Positions 43,338 through 53,134 of a stretch of DNA of 64,000 nt are shown here, piece after piece. The stretch covers positions 6,646 to 70,645 of the forward strand of contig DBAY01000065.1 in assembly GCA_002291925.1 (NCBI GenBank), written 5' to 3'. Source of the stretch: Alphaproteobacteria bacterium UBA998. Lineage in GTDB: Bacteria; Pseudomonadota; Alphaproteobacteria; Rickettsiales; UBA998. Position numbers and translations under genes: made by a program. Every line of letters starts with the position of its first letter. Position 1 is the first letter of the stretch. Under the pieces are notes generated by a model. It was not told the DNA's origin. It searched no databases and was given only the letters and a program-made list of their open reading frames with translations.

Positions 43338-43883
43338 ATGGACGGCATGTCCGAGCATACGGCGACCCACGCCTCGGTCGGGATTGAGCACAAGGAGCCT
43401 TCTCCCCAGCTCAACCCCGAGAGCTTTGCCTCGCAGCTCTTCTGGCTGACGCTGACCTTTGCGGCTCTCTACCTGCTGATCTCGCGCAGCGCGCTGCCGA
43501 AGATCCAGTCAGTGGTGGAGACGCGCCGTCAGCGCTTGCAGGCGGACTTAGAAGCAGCGGAAGCGCTCTCCCGTCAGGCGCAGGAGGCTCAGACGTCCTA
43601 CGAGACGACACTGGCCGAATCGCGCCTGCGTGCCAACGCGCTGATCGTGGAGGCGCAAGCCGCCCATGACCAGATGGCCAAGCAGGAGCATGCCGCCCTT
43701 GACCAGACGCTGGCGAAGAAGCTTGCGGAAGCTGACAAGTCGCTGCGGGAGCAATGCACCCGCATCGAGCGCGACATGGCGCCGATTGCGGAGGAGGCCG
43801 CCACGCTCATCGTGGAGAAGTTGCTCGGCGTCTCCCCGGATGGGGCGCGGGTGAAGAAGGCCGTCAAGGCGGCATCTTCGTGA
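43338..43883 (+). CDS. ATP synthase F0 subunit b'
   Basis: PQL...SQLFWL, single TM plus coiled coil. Confidence 0.92.
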   Translation: MDGMSEHTATHASVGIEHKEPSPQLNPESFASQLFWLTLTFAALYLLISRSALPKIQSVVETRRQRLQADLEAAEALSRQAQEAQTSYETTLAESRLRANALIVEAQAAHDQMAKQEHAALDQTLAKKLAEADKSLREQCTRIERDMAPIAEEAATLIVEKLLGVSPDGARVKKAVKAASS

Positions 43884-43942
43884 TCCATCCCGCTTGACCC
43901 AGCCGCGCGCCGGGTCCACATTAGACGAAAAGGAATTGCTGG

Positions 43943-44422
43943 ATGTTTGACGCTACCTTCTTTGTTGGCCTTTCGTTTGTGCTGTTCGTGCTGGCAGCAT
44001 GGCGCCCTGTGTCGCGTGCCATGACGAAGGCGCTTGATTCCCGCGCGGCCCGTATCGAAGCGGAACTGGCCGAGGCTGTGCGCCTGCGCGAAGAAGCCCA
44101 GGCCACGCTCGCGGCTTACCAGAAGAAGCTGACGGACGCCAACAAGGAAGCGGAGGAGATGCTCACCTCCGCCCGCGCCGCCGCCAAGCGTTTGGAAGAG
44201 GAAGCCCGTGCGCAGATTCAGCGTGCCGTGGATGCCCGCGTGCAGCAGGCCAACGACAAGATCGCCCGCGAGGAGCAGGAGGCAGTCACCGCCATCCAGC
44301 GCAAGGTGGTGGAAATCGCCGTCGAGGCCGCGAAAGACATTCTCTCCGACGACATGAACGACGAGGCGAACGAGAAACTCATCGCGCTGGCCATCAAGGA
44401 TTCCGGCCGCACGCTTCACTAG
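43943..44422 (+). CDS. atpF: ATP synthase F0 subunit b
   Basis: TM plus LDSRAARI...LREEA coiled coil. Confidence 0.93.
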   Translation: MFDATFFVGLSFVLFVLAAWRPVSRAMTKALDSRAARIEAELAEAVRLREEAQATLAAYQKKLTDANKEAEEMLTSARAAAKRLEEEARAQIQRAVDARVQQANDKIAREEQEAVTAIQRKVVEIAVEAAKDILSDDMNDEANEKLIALAIKDSGRTLH

Positions 44423-44454
44423 GATAGTAAGAGCCGGGCGGAGGAGCAGTATCC

Positions 44455-45270
44455 ATGCACCTCGCCCGGGTTTTTTTGTGCTTTTTTGCAGCCATTAATT
44501 TTTTTAACTCGGCGCTGGCGAATCCCTGGCTGCAAAAACCCGGGGAGGGATTGCTAATCCTCAACGGACTTGCTTACGCCACGGATACCTACTTTGATAG
44601 CGAGGGCCAGAAAACCGCTCAGCCGCGCTTCAGCAAGTACGAGCTGAATCCCTACCTTGAATATGGCCTGAACGAGCATTGAACCGTTGGCGGGTCGGTG
44701 TTTCTTCAGCGCCTGCAACAGCGTCAGGCGAATGGCCTAAACGCCGATAACTGGGGCTTGGGCAACAGTGAGGTCTTTACGCGCTGGCAAGCGTGGCAAA
44801 GCGGCCGCCGTGCCATGTCACTGGACGGGTTCGCCGCGTTGCCTTCGGTCTACGCCCGCGCAGCGGACCCGCGCGCCGGTCGCAACAACTATGATCTTGG
44901 TGCGGCCATCAATATAGGGCAAGGATTCACCTTGTGGAGAAGCGAGCATTTCCTTGCAGCGCGTGCGGCATACCGGCACCGCTTAGGTATCCTGCGCGAT
45001 CAAGTGCAACTGGAAGCCCGTACCGGATTACGCTTCGGTGAAGATTGGATGCTGCTGCCTGAACTGTTCCTGACCGTGCCCATGGGCGGAGTAGGACCCA
45101 ATTTCTCGGTGGCAGGGCAGAATGATTACCGGCTGTTGAAAGGTCAGCTTTCCGCCGTCTATTTCTTGCGCGATAACACTGGGCTGCAAGTCGGGATTTT
45201 TCGCCATCTAAGCGGCGATAATACCGGCACCGGAGGAGGAGCTCTGCTTTCTCTATGGCGCAGGTTTTAG
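44455..45270 (+). pseudogene. Putative outer-membrane beta-barrel protein interrupted by one in-frame TGA (44680-44682)
   Basis: Signal peptide; ...EYGLNEH*TVGGSVFLQ... continues in frame; ends in LWRRF. Confidence 0.75.
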
Positions 45271-47123
45271 ATTTTTCTCTTTCCAAAGCGTTTCCCCGGC
45301 TGGGAGAGCTATTACGCCGGGATGAGGCGGTCACGGAAGCGGGTATCGCGGCCGCGTTGGAAAGGCAGTTGCGCCAAGGTGGCCGGCTAGGCGAACTGCT
45401 GGTAATGGAGGGATCGCTCAACTGGCCGCAATTGGTTGCGGCGCTTGCGAAGCAGCAGAATCTGGCCAGCGTGGATCTTTTTGCTGAGCCATGCGACACT
45501 TCCCTGCTCTATGCGGCGTCCCTGGGCAGTTATCAGGCACATGGCTGGGTGCCGTGGCGGCAGCAGAATGGGGTGCTCTATGTGGCGGCGCAAGAAGTAA
45601 CTCCTGCACTCATGGCCGAAGTGCGCCGTCATACAGACCCCGGTCAGCCTCTCGCCTTTTTGCTCACCTCGCCGCGCGATCTTCGGTATGCACTCGCCTC
45701 GCGCTTCGTCAATCATCTCGATTGGCAGGCGCGGCAGGACCTGTTTGAGCGCTACCCGCTCTGGTCATCCTGCCGCCGCCCGGTCGATCGCTGGATGCTT
45801 GCGGGCCTGCTGGGTTTTCTCACGCTGATGACCATTGCCCCGCTCTCTGGGCATTTTGTAGAGACGGTACTGGTATTCGCCAATTTACTATTTCTGGCCT
45901 CCATTCTGTTCAAATGGCGGCTGGTGGAGAAAGGCCGCCACGTGCCTTGGCCGCGGGCTGATGCTGCTTCGGTGCCAGACGAGGCGCTACCGGTATATAC
46001 GGTGTTGCTTCCGCTTTATAGAGAAGCCGCCTCTGTGCCCGGCATTCTCTCTGCCATGGCAGGAATTGATTATCCCAAACACAAGCTAGATGTGAAACTC
46101 ATCATCGAGTCGGATGATGAGGAAACCCTGCATGCCACCTACGCGGCGAAGCCACCGGCCTATGTCGATATTCTTTGTGTGCCCGCCTCGCAGCCGCGTA
46201 CCAAGCCGAAGGCCTGCAATTATGCACTCGCCTTCGCGCGCGGGGAGTATGTCACCATTTATGATGCCGAGGATGTGCCCGCCCCGGACCAGCTCCGCCG
46301 CGCCGTGGCGCTGTTCACGGCGTATCCGTCGGACGTTGTCTGCCTGCAGGCGCGGCTGAATTACTATAATTATGCGGAGAACTGGCTGACGCGCTGCTTT
46401 GCGATGGAGTATGCGCTGTTATTCGACCGCATGATTCCCGCGCTGCATGCTTGGGGCATTCCGATTCCGCTAGGAGGCACCAGCAACCATATCGCGTTGC
46501 GTCGGCTGCGTGAGCTCGGCGCATGGGACCCATACAATGTCACCGAGGATGCCGATCTCGGTCTGCGTTTTGCAGCGGCGGGGCTTCGCACTCTGCCCCT
46601 TGATTCGCTGACGCTTGAGGAGGCTCCGCTGACTATTCCCGCTTGGCTGAAACAGCGGTCGCGCTGGATAAAGGGATATCTTTCCACCTGGATCGTTCAC
46701 ATGCGTGCGCCTGAGCGGCTTATTCGTCATGGCGGTTTCTGGCCGTGGCTGGGGCTGCAATTCCTGATCGGCGGAGCGTCGCTGGTCTACCTGATAGCGC
46801 CCATTCTGTGGGTAGTGTGTCTGCTTGGATGGGCCATGCCCGCCCGGCTGCCGCCGGTCCCTGATTGGGTGTCGCTTGGCTGTTGGAGCATGCTGGGGCT
46901 GGGCTGGGCCTCGCAATGGCAGATGGCGTGGCAGCTGACGCGGGATCGCGGCTGGCGGGGCATGGGGTGGGCCACCCTCGGCTTTCCCGCCTACTGGATG
47001 CTGCATTCGCTGGCCAGTTTCCGCGCCCTCTGGCAGCTGCTGGTGGCGCCCTCCCACTGGGACAAAACCCAGCACGGGGTGACGGCGGTGAAAAATCGTG
47101 AAATCCCGCCGGAGGCCGCCTGA
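45255..47123 (+). CDS. Membrane GT2 glycosyltransferase with N-terminal MshEN (T2SSE_N) domain
   Basis: Tandem RLGELL...L..Q motifs; YDAED, TEDAD, QRSRW; TM helices. Confidence 0.9.
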   Translation: MAQVLDFSLSKAFPRLGELLRRDEAVTEAGIAAALERQLRQGGRLGELLVMEGSLNWPQLVAALAKQQNLASVDLFAEPCDTSLLYAASLGSYQAHGWVPWRQQNGVLYVAAQEVTPALMAEVRRHTDPGQPLAFLLTSPRDLRYALASRFVNHLDWQARQDLFERYPLWSSCRRPVDRWMLAGLLGFLTLMTIAPLSGHFVETVLVFANLLFLASILFKWRLVEKGRHVPWPRADAASVPDEALPVYTVLLPLYREAASVPGILSAMAGIDYPKHKLDVKLIIESDDEETLHATYAAKPPAYVDILCVPASQPRTKPKACNYALAFARGEYVTIYDAEDVPAPDQLRRAVALFTAYPSDVVCLQARLNYYNYAENWLTRCFAMEYALLFDRMIPALHAWGIPIPLGGTSNHIALRRLRELGAWDPYNVTEDADLGLRFAAAGLRTLPLDSLTLEEAPLTIPAWLKQRSRWIKGYLSTWIVHMRAPERLIRHGGFWPWLGLQFLIGGASLVYLIAPILWVVCLLGWAMPARLPPVPDWVSLGCWSMLGLGWASQWQMAWQLTRDRGWRGMGWATLGFPAYWMLHSLASFRALWQLLVAPSHWDKTQHGVTAVKNREIPPEAA

Positions 47124-47191
47124 AACTGCTTGACTTCCAGCGTTTCAGCCCTTAATTCATGCCCCTCATCACAAAATACTGCAGGTATGCC

Positions 47192-47317
47192 ATGAAAGTC
47201 CTGAGCTCGCTCAAATCGGCCAAAACCCGTGATAAGAACTGCCGCGTCGTACGCCGCAAGGGCCGCGTTTACGTCATCAACAAGGTGAACCCCCGCTTCA
47301 AGGCGCGTCAGGGCTAA
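47192..47317 (+). CDS. rpmJ: 50S ribosomal protein L36 (zinc-ribbon-less type), not in the ORF track
   Basis: [41 protein letters not shown]. Confidence 0.97.
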   Translation: MKVLSSLKSAKTRDKNCRVVRRKGRVYVINKVNPRFKARQG

Positions 47318-47336
47318 TCCTTCCGATTATGCATGT

Positions 47337-47372
47337 AAAAAGGGCCGGTCATCTGATCGGCCCTTTTGTTTT
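47337..47372. terminator. Bidirectional intrinsic terminator
   Basis: AAAAAGGGCCGGTCA-TC-TGATCGGCCCTTTTGTTTT. Confidence 0.85.
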
Positions 47373-47384
47373 GCCGCGTAAATA

Positions 47385-47570
47385 CTAGATGCGCGAGGTC
47401 GGGGCGCGGCGGCCGGTGACGGCGCTGTAGATCAGGCTGCCGACGAACAGCACGGCAAACAGGATGGCCAGAAACTGCGCGATGGAGCTGAACGTGCCGA
47501 CCAGCCCGCCGAAGCCGAGCAGCGCGGCGGCAATGGCAAGCACGAAGAAGATGATGGCGTAGGTAAGCAT
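47385..47570 (-). CDS. DUF1328 family small membrane protein
   Basis: ML.YAIIFFVLAIAAALLGFGG; GGAGG SD. Confidence 0.9.
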   Translation of the reverse strand: MLTYAIIFFVLAIAAALLGFGGLVGTFSSIAQFLAILFAVLFVGSLIYSAVTGRRAPTSRI

Positions 47571-47668
47571 GAAATCCTCCCAGTAAATAGTGGGAATCAG
47601 CGTAGCGTTGCGCACATCAAAAAACCGCGCGCCGGAAGGCCAGCTTCGTCAGGCAGGGCTTAAGGGGC

Positions 47669-48538
47669 CTAGCGTACAGGCGGATACTGGCGGTTGGCCA
47701 TGGCCGGGTGCAGCGGCGCACGGGCGGCCGTGGGGGCCGGGGCCGCGTAATAGCTGGGATAGCCCGCCCCATAGGCTGGATAGGCCGGAGCCGCCGAAGC
47801 CACGGCTGCTTGCGACGGAACGGGTTGCGGCGCGGTCTGCGGCATCATTTGCGGCTGCGGCATGGCCTGCGGTTGCGGCATCGCTTGCGGCGGGTAAGGC
47901 GCGTAGCCATAGGCCGCCTGCGGAGCTATCATCGGTTGTGCCGGGGCGGGGTAGTAATAGACCGGGTAATAGGAGTAGCCGTACGGGTAGTAATAGCCTG
48001 CCATAGGCTGTTGCGGCTGGGCGGTCGGCGTGTAGGCGGGGGCCTGGCCCGAGGCTGGGGCCAGCTGCGCCATGGCGGCGGCGGAGGCCATCTGCGTGCC
48101 GGCGCCGGGTGCGGCGGAACGCGCCGTCGGGGCCACGGCCACCGGTGCGGGAGCGGCGTTCGCGGCGGCTACCTGCGGTGCTGTGGGACTGGCCGCGGTT
48201 TGGCGGCTGCGTACGCTGGCGGCGTTGTCGGCCTTGTAATTATAGGTGGGGTTGCGGACATAATCCGCATTGGGGGAGGGCGGCTCCGCGCCGGAATAAT
48301 AGCCGTTATCGTACCAGAACGGCTCGCCGAAGTAGAGATATTCCGGTTTGGTCAGCCCGCCTGCCACGCCGCCCAGCGCCATGCCTGCCACCGCGCCGGA
48401 GAAGGGCGCGCCGATGAGTGCTCCGGCGGTCAGTCCGGCCCCGGTGCCCATCATGCCGCCGGTGACGGCGCGTTCCTGCCAGCGCGTGCCACACGCGGCG
48501 AGGCTCAGGCAAAGCAGAAGAAGTGACGCTCGTTTCAT
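47669..48538 (-). CDS. Glycine-zipper lipoprotein with a long Pro/Ala/Gln/Tyr-rich tail
   Basis: Lipobox LAAC; Gly zipper; PQAMPQ repeats. Confidence 0.8.
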   Translation of the reverse strand: MKRASLLLLCLSLAACGTRWQERAVTGGMMGTGAGLTAGALIGAPFSGAVAGMALGGVAGGLTKPEYLYFGEPFWYDNGYYSGAEPPSPNADYVRNPTYNYKADNAASVRSRQTAASPTAPQVAAANAAPAPVAVAPTARSAAPGAGTQMASAAAMAQLAPASGQAPAYTPTAQPQQPMAGYYYPYGYSYYPVYYYPAPAQPMIAPQAAYGYAPYPPQAMPQPQAMPQPQMMPQTAPQPVPSQAAVASAAPAYPAYGAGYPSYYAAPAPTAARAPLHPAMANRQYPPVR

Positions 48539-48555
48539 GGGTTCTTTTATAACGC

Positions 48556-48582
48556 AAAAGGCCGCGGAACCCCGCGGCCTTT
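48556..48582 (-). terminator. Probable intrinsic terminator
   Basis: AAAAGGCCGCGG-AAC-CCGCGGCCTTT-like hairpin. Confidence 0.6.
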
Positions 48583-48619
48583 CGACATCTTGTCATGAGA
48601 ATGTCACAAAGATGGGCGA

Positions 48620-48868
48620 TTAGCGGCGCCAGACCGGACGGCCAAGGTTGACATCATCCGAATCGGTGAGGCCACCGGCGGCGGCACCCACCGCACCACC
48701 GACCACCGCGCCGGTCACCGGGTTGCCGCCCAGCACTGCCGAGCCCACGGCCCCGGCACCCGCGCCAATGCCGCCCCCGCTGAGCGCGCGGTCCGTGCGC
48801 GATTCGCCGCAGGCAGAGAGCGCCAGGGCGGCCGAGGTGGCGAGAAGAAGTGTAAGCGTGCGTTTCAT
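48620..48868 (-). CDS. Small glycine-zipper lipoprotein
   Basis: Lipobox LSAC; GGGIGAGAGA...GGAVGAAAGG; AAGGAGG SD. Confidence 0.88.
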   Translation of the reverse strand: MKRTLTLLLATSAALALSACGESRTDRALSGGGIGAGAGAVGSAVLGGNPVTGAVVGGAVGAAAGGLTDSDDVNLGRPVWRR

Positions 48869-48891
48869 GAAAAATCCTCCTTACAGTGAAA

Positions 48892-49458
48892 CTACCGATT
48901 GTCGGCCGTGGCGATATCGCCCGGCGTTTCGACGAAGCCGTTGATGTAATAGATGAAACCATAGGGCGTTTTGACCGCTCCCACAATGGGCTCGCCATTG
49001 ACGGTCACGCGGTCACCCACGCGGTGCAGCGCCACCTTGGTGCCCGCCACCGTGGGGAAGCGCTCATAGGCGCCGTGAATAAGATTAATATTAATCTTGC
49101 GGTTCACTACATGACCTGAGAGGAAATCCGCAGCCGCCGGATTGGCGGGATCGAGAAAGCCCGGCGGGACGGCGGCGCTGTGGAAGCGCGCATCGACGGG
49201 AACGAAGGCGGTGAACCCTTCCTCGGTGATCAGCGGCTGCGACAGGCCCACCTGCTCAATGGCCTGCGCGAAACCCTGACCATCCGGCTGGCTGCGCAGC
49301 GCGTCGAGCATTTCCCAGCCATTACGCGGGGCGACATATTCCTCGACGCGCTCCACGCGGTAGCGCACACCGTCCTGCTCGATGATTTCCGCGACACTCA
49401 CCTGCAGCGGACTAGCGGCGAGCAGGGTTCCAAGAATCAACGCGTGACGGGCATGCAT
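48892..49458 (-). CDS. Secreted fasciclin (FAS1)-like protein
   Basis: Signal peptide; FTAFVPVD.F, HVV, G.IYYING. Confidence 0.75.
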   Translation of the reverse strand: MHARHALILGTLLAASPLQVSVAEIIEQDGVRYRVERVEEYVAPRNGWEMLDALRSQPDGQGFAQAIEQVGLSQPLITEEGFTAFVPVDARFHSAAVPPGFLDPANPAAADFLSGHVVNRKININLIHGAYERFPTVAGTKVALHRVGDRVTVNGEPIVGAVKTPYGFIYYINGFVETPGDIATADNR

Positions 49459-49639
49459 AGGGTCAAACTCCTGTGTTTGCGCCATCGTGCAACGGTTGAT
49501 TTCAATTCTCTGTGTTGCAGCAGAATGGATTAATCAGGGTGCTATAAGCGGTGGAAAGCGCGCGCCCGTCAGTTTCTTGTTGGCAAGCGGCTGTTCGGCC
49601 CGGTATAGGATGATGAAGGAAAATACCGGAGTAGCGCCT

Positions 49640-50059
49640 ATGCCCAACGCCTGGATGATCGCAACGGCCGCCCTAATGCTGGGACTCTCCCCGCTGGCCG
49701 CGCTTCCGGCACAGGCGCAAGGCATGGCAGAGGGCGTCATGCCCGTGAATGCGCCCTCGCAGGTGCCGCTGGTAGTCATCCGCTACAACCAGCCGAAAGT
49801 GTTCTACCAGCGCCAGCTCTACAATGCCGTGGCGCGCGCCGTCGCCATCAAGCCTGACGTGACCTTTGAGGTCGTCTCCTTCGTGCCGCAGACCGGGGAT
49901 AGCGATCGTGACGAAGTCTTGCAGAGCCGCGCCACGCAGCAGACCACCACGCTGCTGCGCGACATGACCGGCATGGGCATTCCGCAGGAGCGCATCCGCG
50001 TCAGCCGCGAGGCGGTGAACGACGCCACCCAGCACGAAATCTATATCTACGTGGACTGA
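49640..50059 (+). CDS. Secreted hypothetical protein
   Basis: Signal peptide; PLVVIRYNQ...EIYIYVD. Confidence 0.75.
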   Translation: MPNAWMIATAALMLGLSPLAALPAQAQGMAEGVMPVNAPSQVPLVVIRYNQPKVFYQRQLYNAVARAVAIKPDVTFEVVSFVPQTGDSDRDEVLQSRATQQTTTLLRDMTGMGIPQERIRVSREAVNDATQHEIYIYVD

Positions 50060-50169
50060 TAGCCTAAACTGAGCGAACCACGCTTGTTCTTTCCTTTTCT
50101 TACATCATCTTGACAAATCCCGCCGGGCTTCGCATGGCAGCTTGAGGCTGCCGGGGCGAGAGTGGTCAC

Positions 50170-50409
50170 ATGACCATACCGCTTGATAGCACCACTTCTT
50201 CCTCCGCCCCCACGGCGGCCCTGCATCACAAATGGCGTGCCTGTATGGGCCGCCTGCAGCAGCAATGGGGTTTCCTCACGCTGGAGGAGGTCGAGGCCAT
50301 CGGCGGCAACCGCGAGCGGCTCATCCGCCGGGTGCAGCAGCATTCCGGACGCCCGCGCGCCGAGGTCGAGCGGGAAATCAATCGATGGGAGATGGAATAT
50401 GCGCTTTAA
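50170..50409 (+). CDS. CsbD-like small protein
   Basis: GRLQQQWGFLT...GNRERLI.RVQ...EVEREI. Confidence 0.7.
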   Translation: MTIPLDSTTSSSAPTAALHHKWRACMGRLQQQWGFLTLEEVEAIGGNRERLIRRVQQHSGRPRAEVEREINRWEMEYAL

Positions 50410-50638
50410 TGCAGAAGCCCGTCCGCGCCTGCGGGAACTCAGCGTCTCCGGCATCCGCTTCCGACGCTACAAGGCGGCGCTGCGGCAGGCCTGGCGGCGG
50501 CTGACGGAAGAAGACATCGAGCGCGCCGGGGGCAGCGGCATCGAGCTGGCACGCCTCATCGAGCTGCGCCACGGCGTCGCCCGGCATCTGGCGCTCGACC
50601 ATATTTACCAGATGCAGCAGATGCATCTGGCGCGATAA
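50399..50638 (+). CDS. Second CsbD-like small protein
   Basis: LRQAWRRLTEEDIE..GG..EL...I..RHG. Confidence 0.6.
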   Translation: MRFNAEARPRLRELSVSGIRFRRYKAALRQAWRRLTEEDIERAGGSGIELARLIELRHGVARHLALDHIYQMQQMHLAR

Positions 50639-50671
50639 CGCACAAAGCATTTCAAGGGAGAAGCACATATC

Positions 50672-50854
50672 ATGGATATCATCCGACTTATTGCCGCCAT
50701 CATCCTGCCGCCGCTCGGCGTGTTCCTGCAGGTGGGCCTCGGCGGCCAGTTCTGGCTGAATTGCCTGCTCACGTTGCTGGGTTATATCCCCGGCATCATC
50801 CACGCCGTCTACATTATCGCAACCCGCGGCGGCCCCGCGGCTACGGCTATCTAA
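50672..50854 (+). CDS. YqaE/Pmp3 family membrane proteolipid
   Basis: IILPPLGVFL...LLGYIPGIIHA. Confidence 0.93.
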   Translation: MDIIRLIAAIILPPLGVFLQVGLGGQFWLNCLLTLLGYIPGIIHAVYIIATRGGPAATAI

Positions 50855-50887
50855 TTCCTATTCAATCACAACGAGGGAGTCATCATC

Positions 50888-51202
50888 ATGGCAACTGCCA
50901 ATCAAGAAATCCGTGACCTGCGTGCTGAACTGGAAGAGCTGCGTGCCAGCATCTCCTCCGGCCTGCGCAATGGCCGCGCCCGTGAACAGCTGCACCATCT
51001 GGCGGAGGACGTACGCGAAGATGCCCGCGACATCGCCCGCAATGCTGGTGCCTCGCTGCGCCAGGCCTGGTCGCGCAGCCGCCATGCCGCCGAGGATGCT
51101 TACCATAATTATGAAGCATCGGTGAGCCGTCACCCGATCTCGGCCACGGCCATCGCGTTCGCGGGCGGGGTTCTGTTCGCCGCGCTGATGCGCCGCCGCT
51201 AA
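50888..51202 (+). CDS. DUF883 (ElaB/YqjD-like) tail-anchored protein
   Basis: Coiled region, HP, C-terminal TM and RRR. Confidence 0.8.
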   Translation: MATANQEIRDLRAELEELRASISSGLRNGRAREQLHHLAEDVREDARDIARNAGASLRQAWSRSRHAAEDAYHNYEASVSRHPISATAIAFAGGVLFAALMRRR

Positions 51203-51215
51203 TCCGGGCGATCTG

Positions 51216-51764
51216 ATGCTTAAGACGCTGCTCTGGCAGCGCCTGCTTTGGTGGCTGGCAGGCCTCGCGATGCCGCTGCGCCCGGTGCTGATCTTCCGGC
51301 TGCGCCAGGGGCTGACTGCGCTCATCTGCGCCGTCATCGGCGGTGTGCTGCTGGGCGGGCTGCTGCTCGCCAGCATTGGCGGCATCTACGTACTGCTCCT
51401 GCAGCAGGGATCACACCCGCTGACGGCTTTCATCGGCCTTGGCATCGTGGTGATGATGGCGGGTGGGGCGCTGCTCTGGCACGCCTACCGTCAGGTGCTG
51501 GTGATAGCCAACCTGCGCGAGGATCTGCAGGGTCGGCCGGACGTGGCGGTGCAGCAGGCGGAGCGGGAAGTGCAATCGCTTTTCTCCGCCTTCCTTGAGG
51601 GCATGATGACACCGGCTGCGGAATACCCGGCCGCCATGGCAGAACCCGTCCCCCGCCGCGCCCGCGTGACTCCGCATCAGGTAGACCTCACCGCCACGGT
51701 CGCCCCGGCGGCGGGGGCCATCACGCGCCCGGTGACGCATACCCCTTCTTCCAGCACGCATTGA
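51216..51764 (+). CDS. Hypothetical membrane protein (YqjE-like position)
   Basis: Two or three TM helices; follows the DUF883 gene. Confidence 0.65.
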   Translation: MLKTLLWQRLLWWLAGLAMPLRPVLIFRLRQGLTALICAVIGGVLLGGLLLASIGGIYVLLLQQGSHPLTAFIGLGIVVMMAGGALLWHAYRQVLVIANLREDLQGRPDVAVQQAEREVQSLFSAFLEGMMTPAAEYPAAMAEPVPRRARVTPHQVDLTATVAPAAGAITRPVTHTPSSSTH

Positions 51765-51808
51765 CCTGCGCCATGCTGGGCTGCCTGACTCTTGCCCGAG
51801 CGTTCTTC

Positions 51809-52819
51809 ATGCCGCATGCCTGTCTTGCCACTGCCGTTCTTGCCTGCCTTGCGGCGCCTGCCTTCGCGGGGGAAGCCCTCACGCCGGAGGCCCCGCTTTT
51901 TCCCGATACGCGCGGCATCATCTCGGCCACGCTGGAAAACGACATTTTCGCCGGTGAGGATAATAACTACACCAACGGCGTGCGCTTCGCGTGGTTCTCC
52001 TCCGAGATTGGCGTGCCCGGCTGGCTGGAGCGCTCGGCGGAGAAGCTGCCGTTCTTCGACCCTTCTGGCAACATGCGCTACGGCTTCGCACTGGGACAGA
52101 ACATGTATACGCCGACCAATATCGAGCTGCGCAGCCCCGACCCGCGCGACCGCCCCTATGCGGGCTGGACCTATGGCAGCATCAGCCTGATCGCCGACAA
52201 GGGCGACCGCATGGATAGTCTTCAGCTGCAACTCGGCATCGTTGGCCCAGCCTCGCTCGCGGGCCAGACGCAGGATTTCGTGCATGATCTCATCGGCAGC
52301 CCCGACCCACAGGGCTGGGACAACCAGCTGAAGAACGAGCCGGGCGTTTCGCTGTTCTATGAGCGCAAATGGCGCAACATCTGGGAGACTGAGCCGGGCG
52401 GCTTCGGCATCGGTCTCTCGCCGCATGTCGGCGCGGCGGCGGGCAACGTCTTCACCCATGCCAATGCAGGCCTCACGCTGCGGGTGGGCACCGATCTCGG
52501 CTCGGATTACGGGCCGCCGGGCATTCAGCCGCGCCTGCCGGGCTCCGACTTCTTCGTGCCGAGCCGCGATTTCGGCTGGTACTTGTTTGCCGGAGTGGAT
52601 GGGCGGGCCGTGGCGCGCAACATTTTCCTTGACGGCAACACGTTTACCGACAGTCCCAGTGTCGATAAAAACCCGCTGGTCGGGGACGCGCAATTGGGCC
52701 TGGCGGTCACCTTCGAGACGGTTCGGCTGGCCTATACCCACGTGTTCCGCAGCAAGGAATTCGAGGGTCAGCGCAGCCCGGACTCGTTCGGCGCGCTCAC
52801 ACTGTCCTACCGCTACTAG
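51809..52819 (+). CDS. Lipid A 3-O-deacylase LpxR family outer-membrane protein
   Basis: ENDIF, YTNG, GQNMYTP, DRPYAGW, GWDNQL, RNIFLDGN. Confidence 0.9.
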   Translation: MPHACLATAVLACLAAPAFAGEALTPEAPLFPDTRGIISATLENDIFAGEDNNYTNGVRFAWFSSEIGVPGWLERSAEKLPFFDPSGNMRYGFALGQNMYTPTNIELRSPDPRDRPYAGWTYGSISLIADKGDRMDSLQLQLGIVGPASLAGQTQDFVHDLIGSPDPQGWDNQLKNEPGVSLFYERKWRNIWETEPGGFGIGLSPHVGAAAGNVFTHANAGLTLRVGTDLGSDYGPPGIQPRLPGSDFFVPSRDFGWYLFAGVDGRAVARNIFLDGNTFTDSPSVDKNPLVGDAQLGLAVTFETVRLAYTHVFRSKEFEGQRSPDSFGALTLSYRY

Positions 52820-52935
52820 CACGCTTTTAGCCAGCGTTGACTGCTGCTTCGCCAATGCCGCATGGGAAGTTGACGCCACCCCGGATACGGTTGATTTCAC
52901 TGACTTAAATAAATTAACCACAAAGGAGTGTTCCT

Positions 52936-53079
52936 ATGAAACGTGCCATTATCCTGCTGGGTATGCTGGCTGGCTTCCAGATGCTGGCGGCCTGCAACAC
53001 CATGTCGGGCATCGGTGAAGACGTAGAAGCGGGCGGCGACAAGCTCGAGCGCACCGCTGAGAAGCATAAAGGCTACTAA
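52936..53079 (+). CDS. Entericidin A/B family lipoprotein, not in the ORF track
   Basis: MKRAII...LAACNTMSGIGEDVEAGG; AAGGAG SD. Confidence 0.92.
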   Translation: MKRAIILLGMLAGFQMLAACNTMSGIGEDVEAGGDKLERTAEKHKGY

Positions 53080-53134
53080 TATCAAAGGCGGGCAGAGTTC
53101 TTCTGCCCGCCTTCATTTACCAAGGAGAGAGACC

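Noticed and set aside
44680-44682. TGA recoding (genetic code 4/25 or selenocysteine)
   Set aside because: TGA ends many intact genes here (ssb, purU, cheB) and Trp is encoded by TGG; no Cys/Sec context; a single nonsense change or error is simpler
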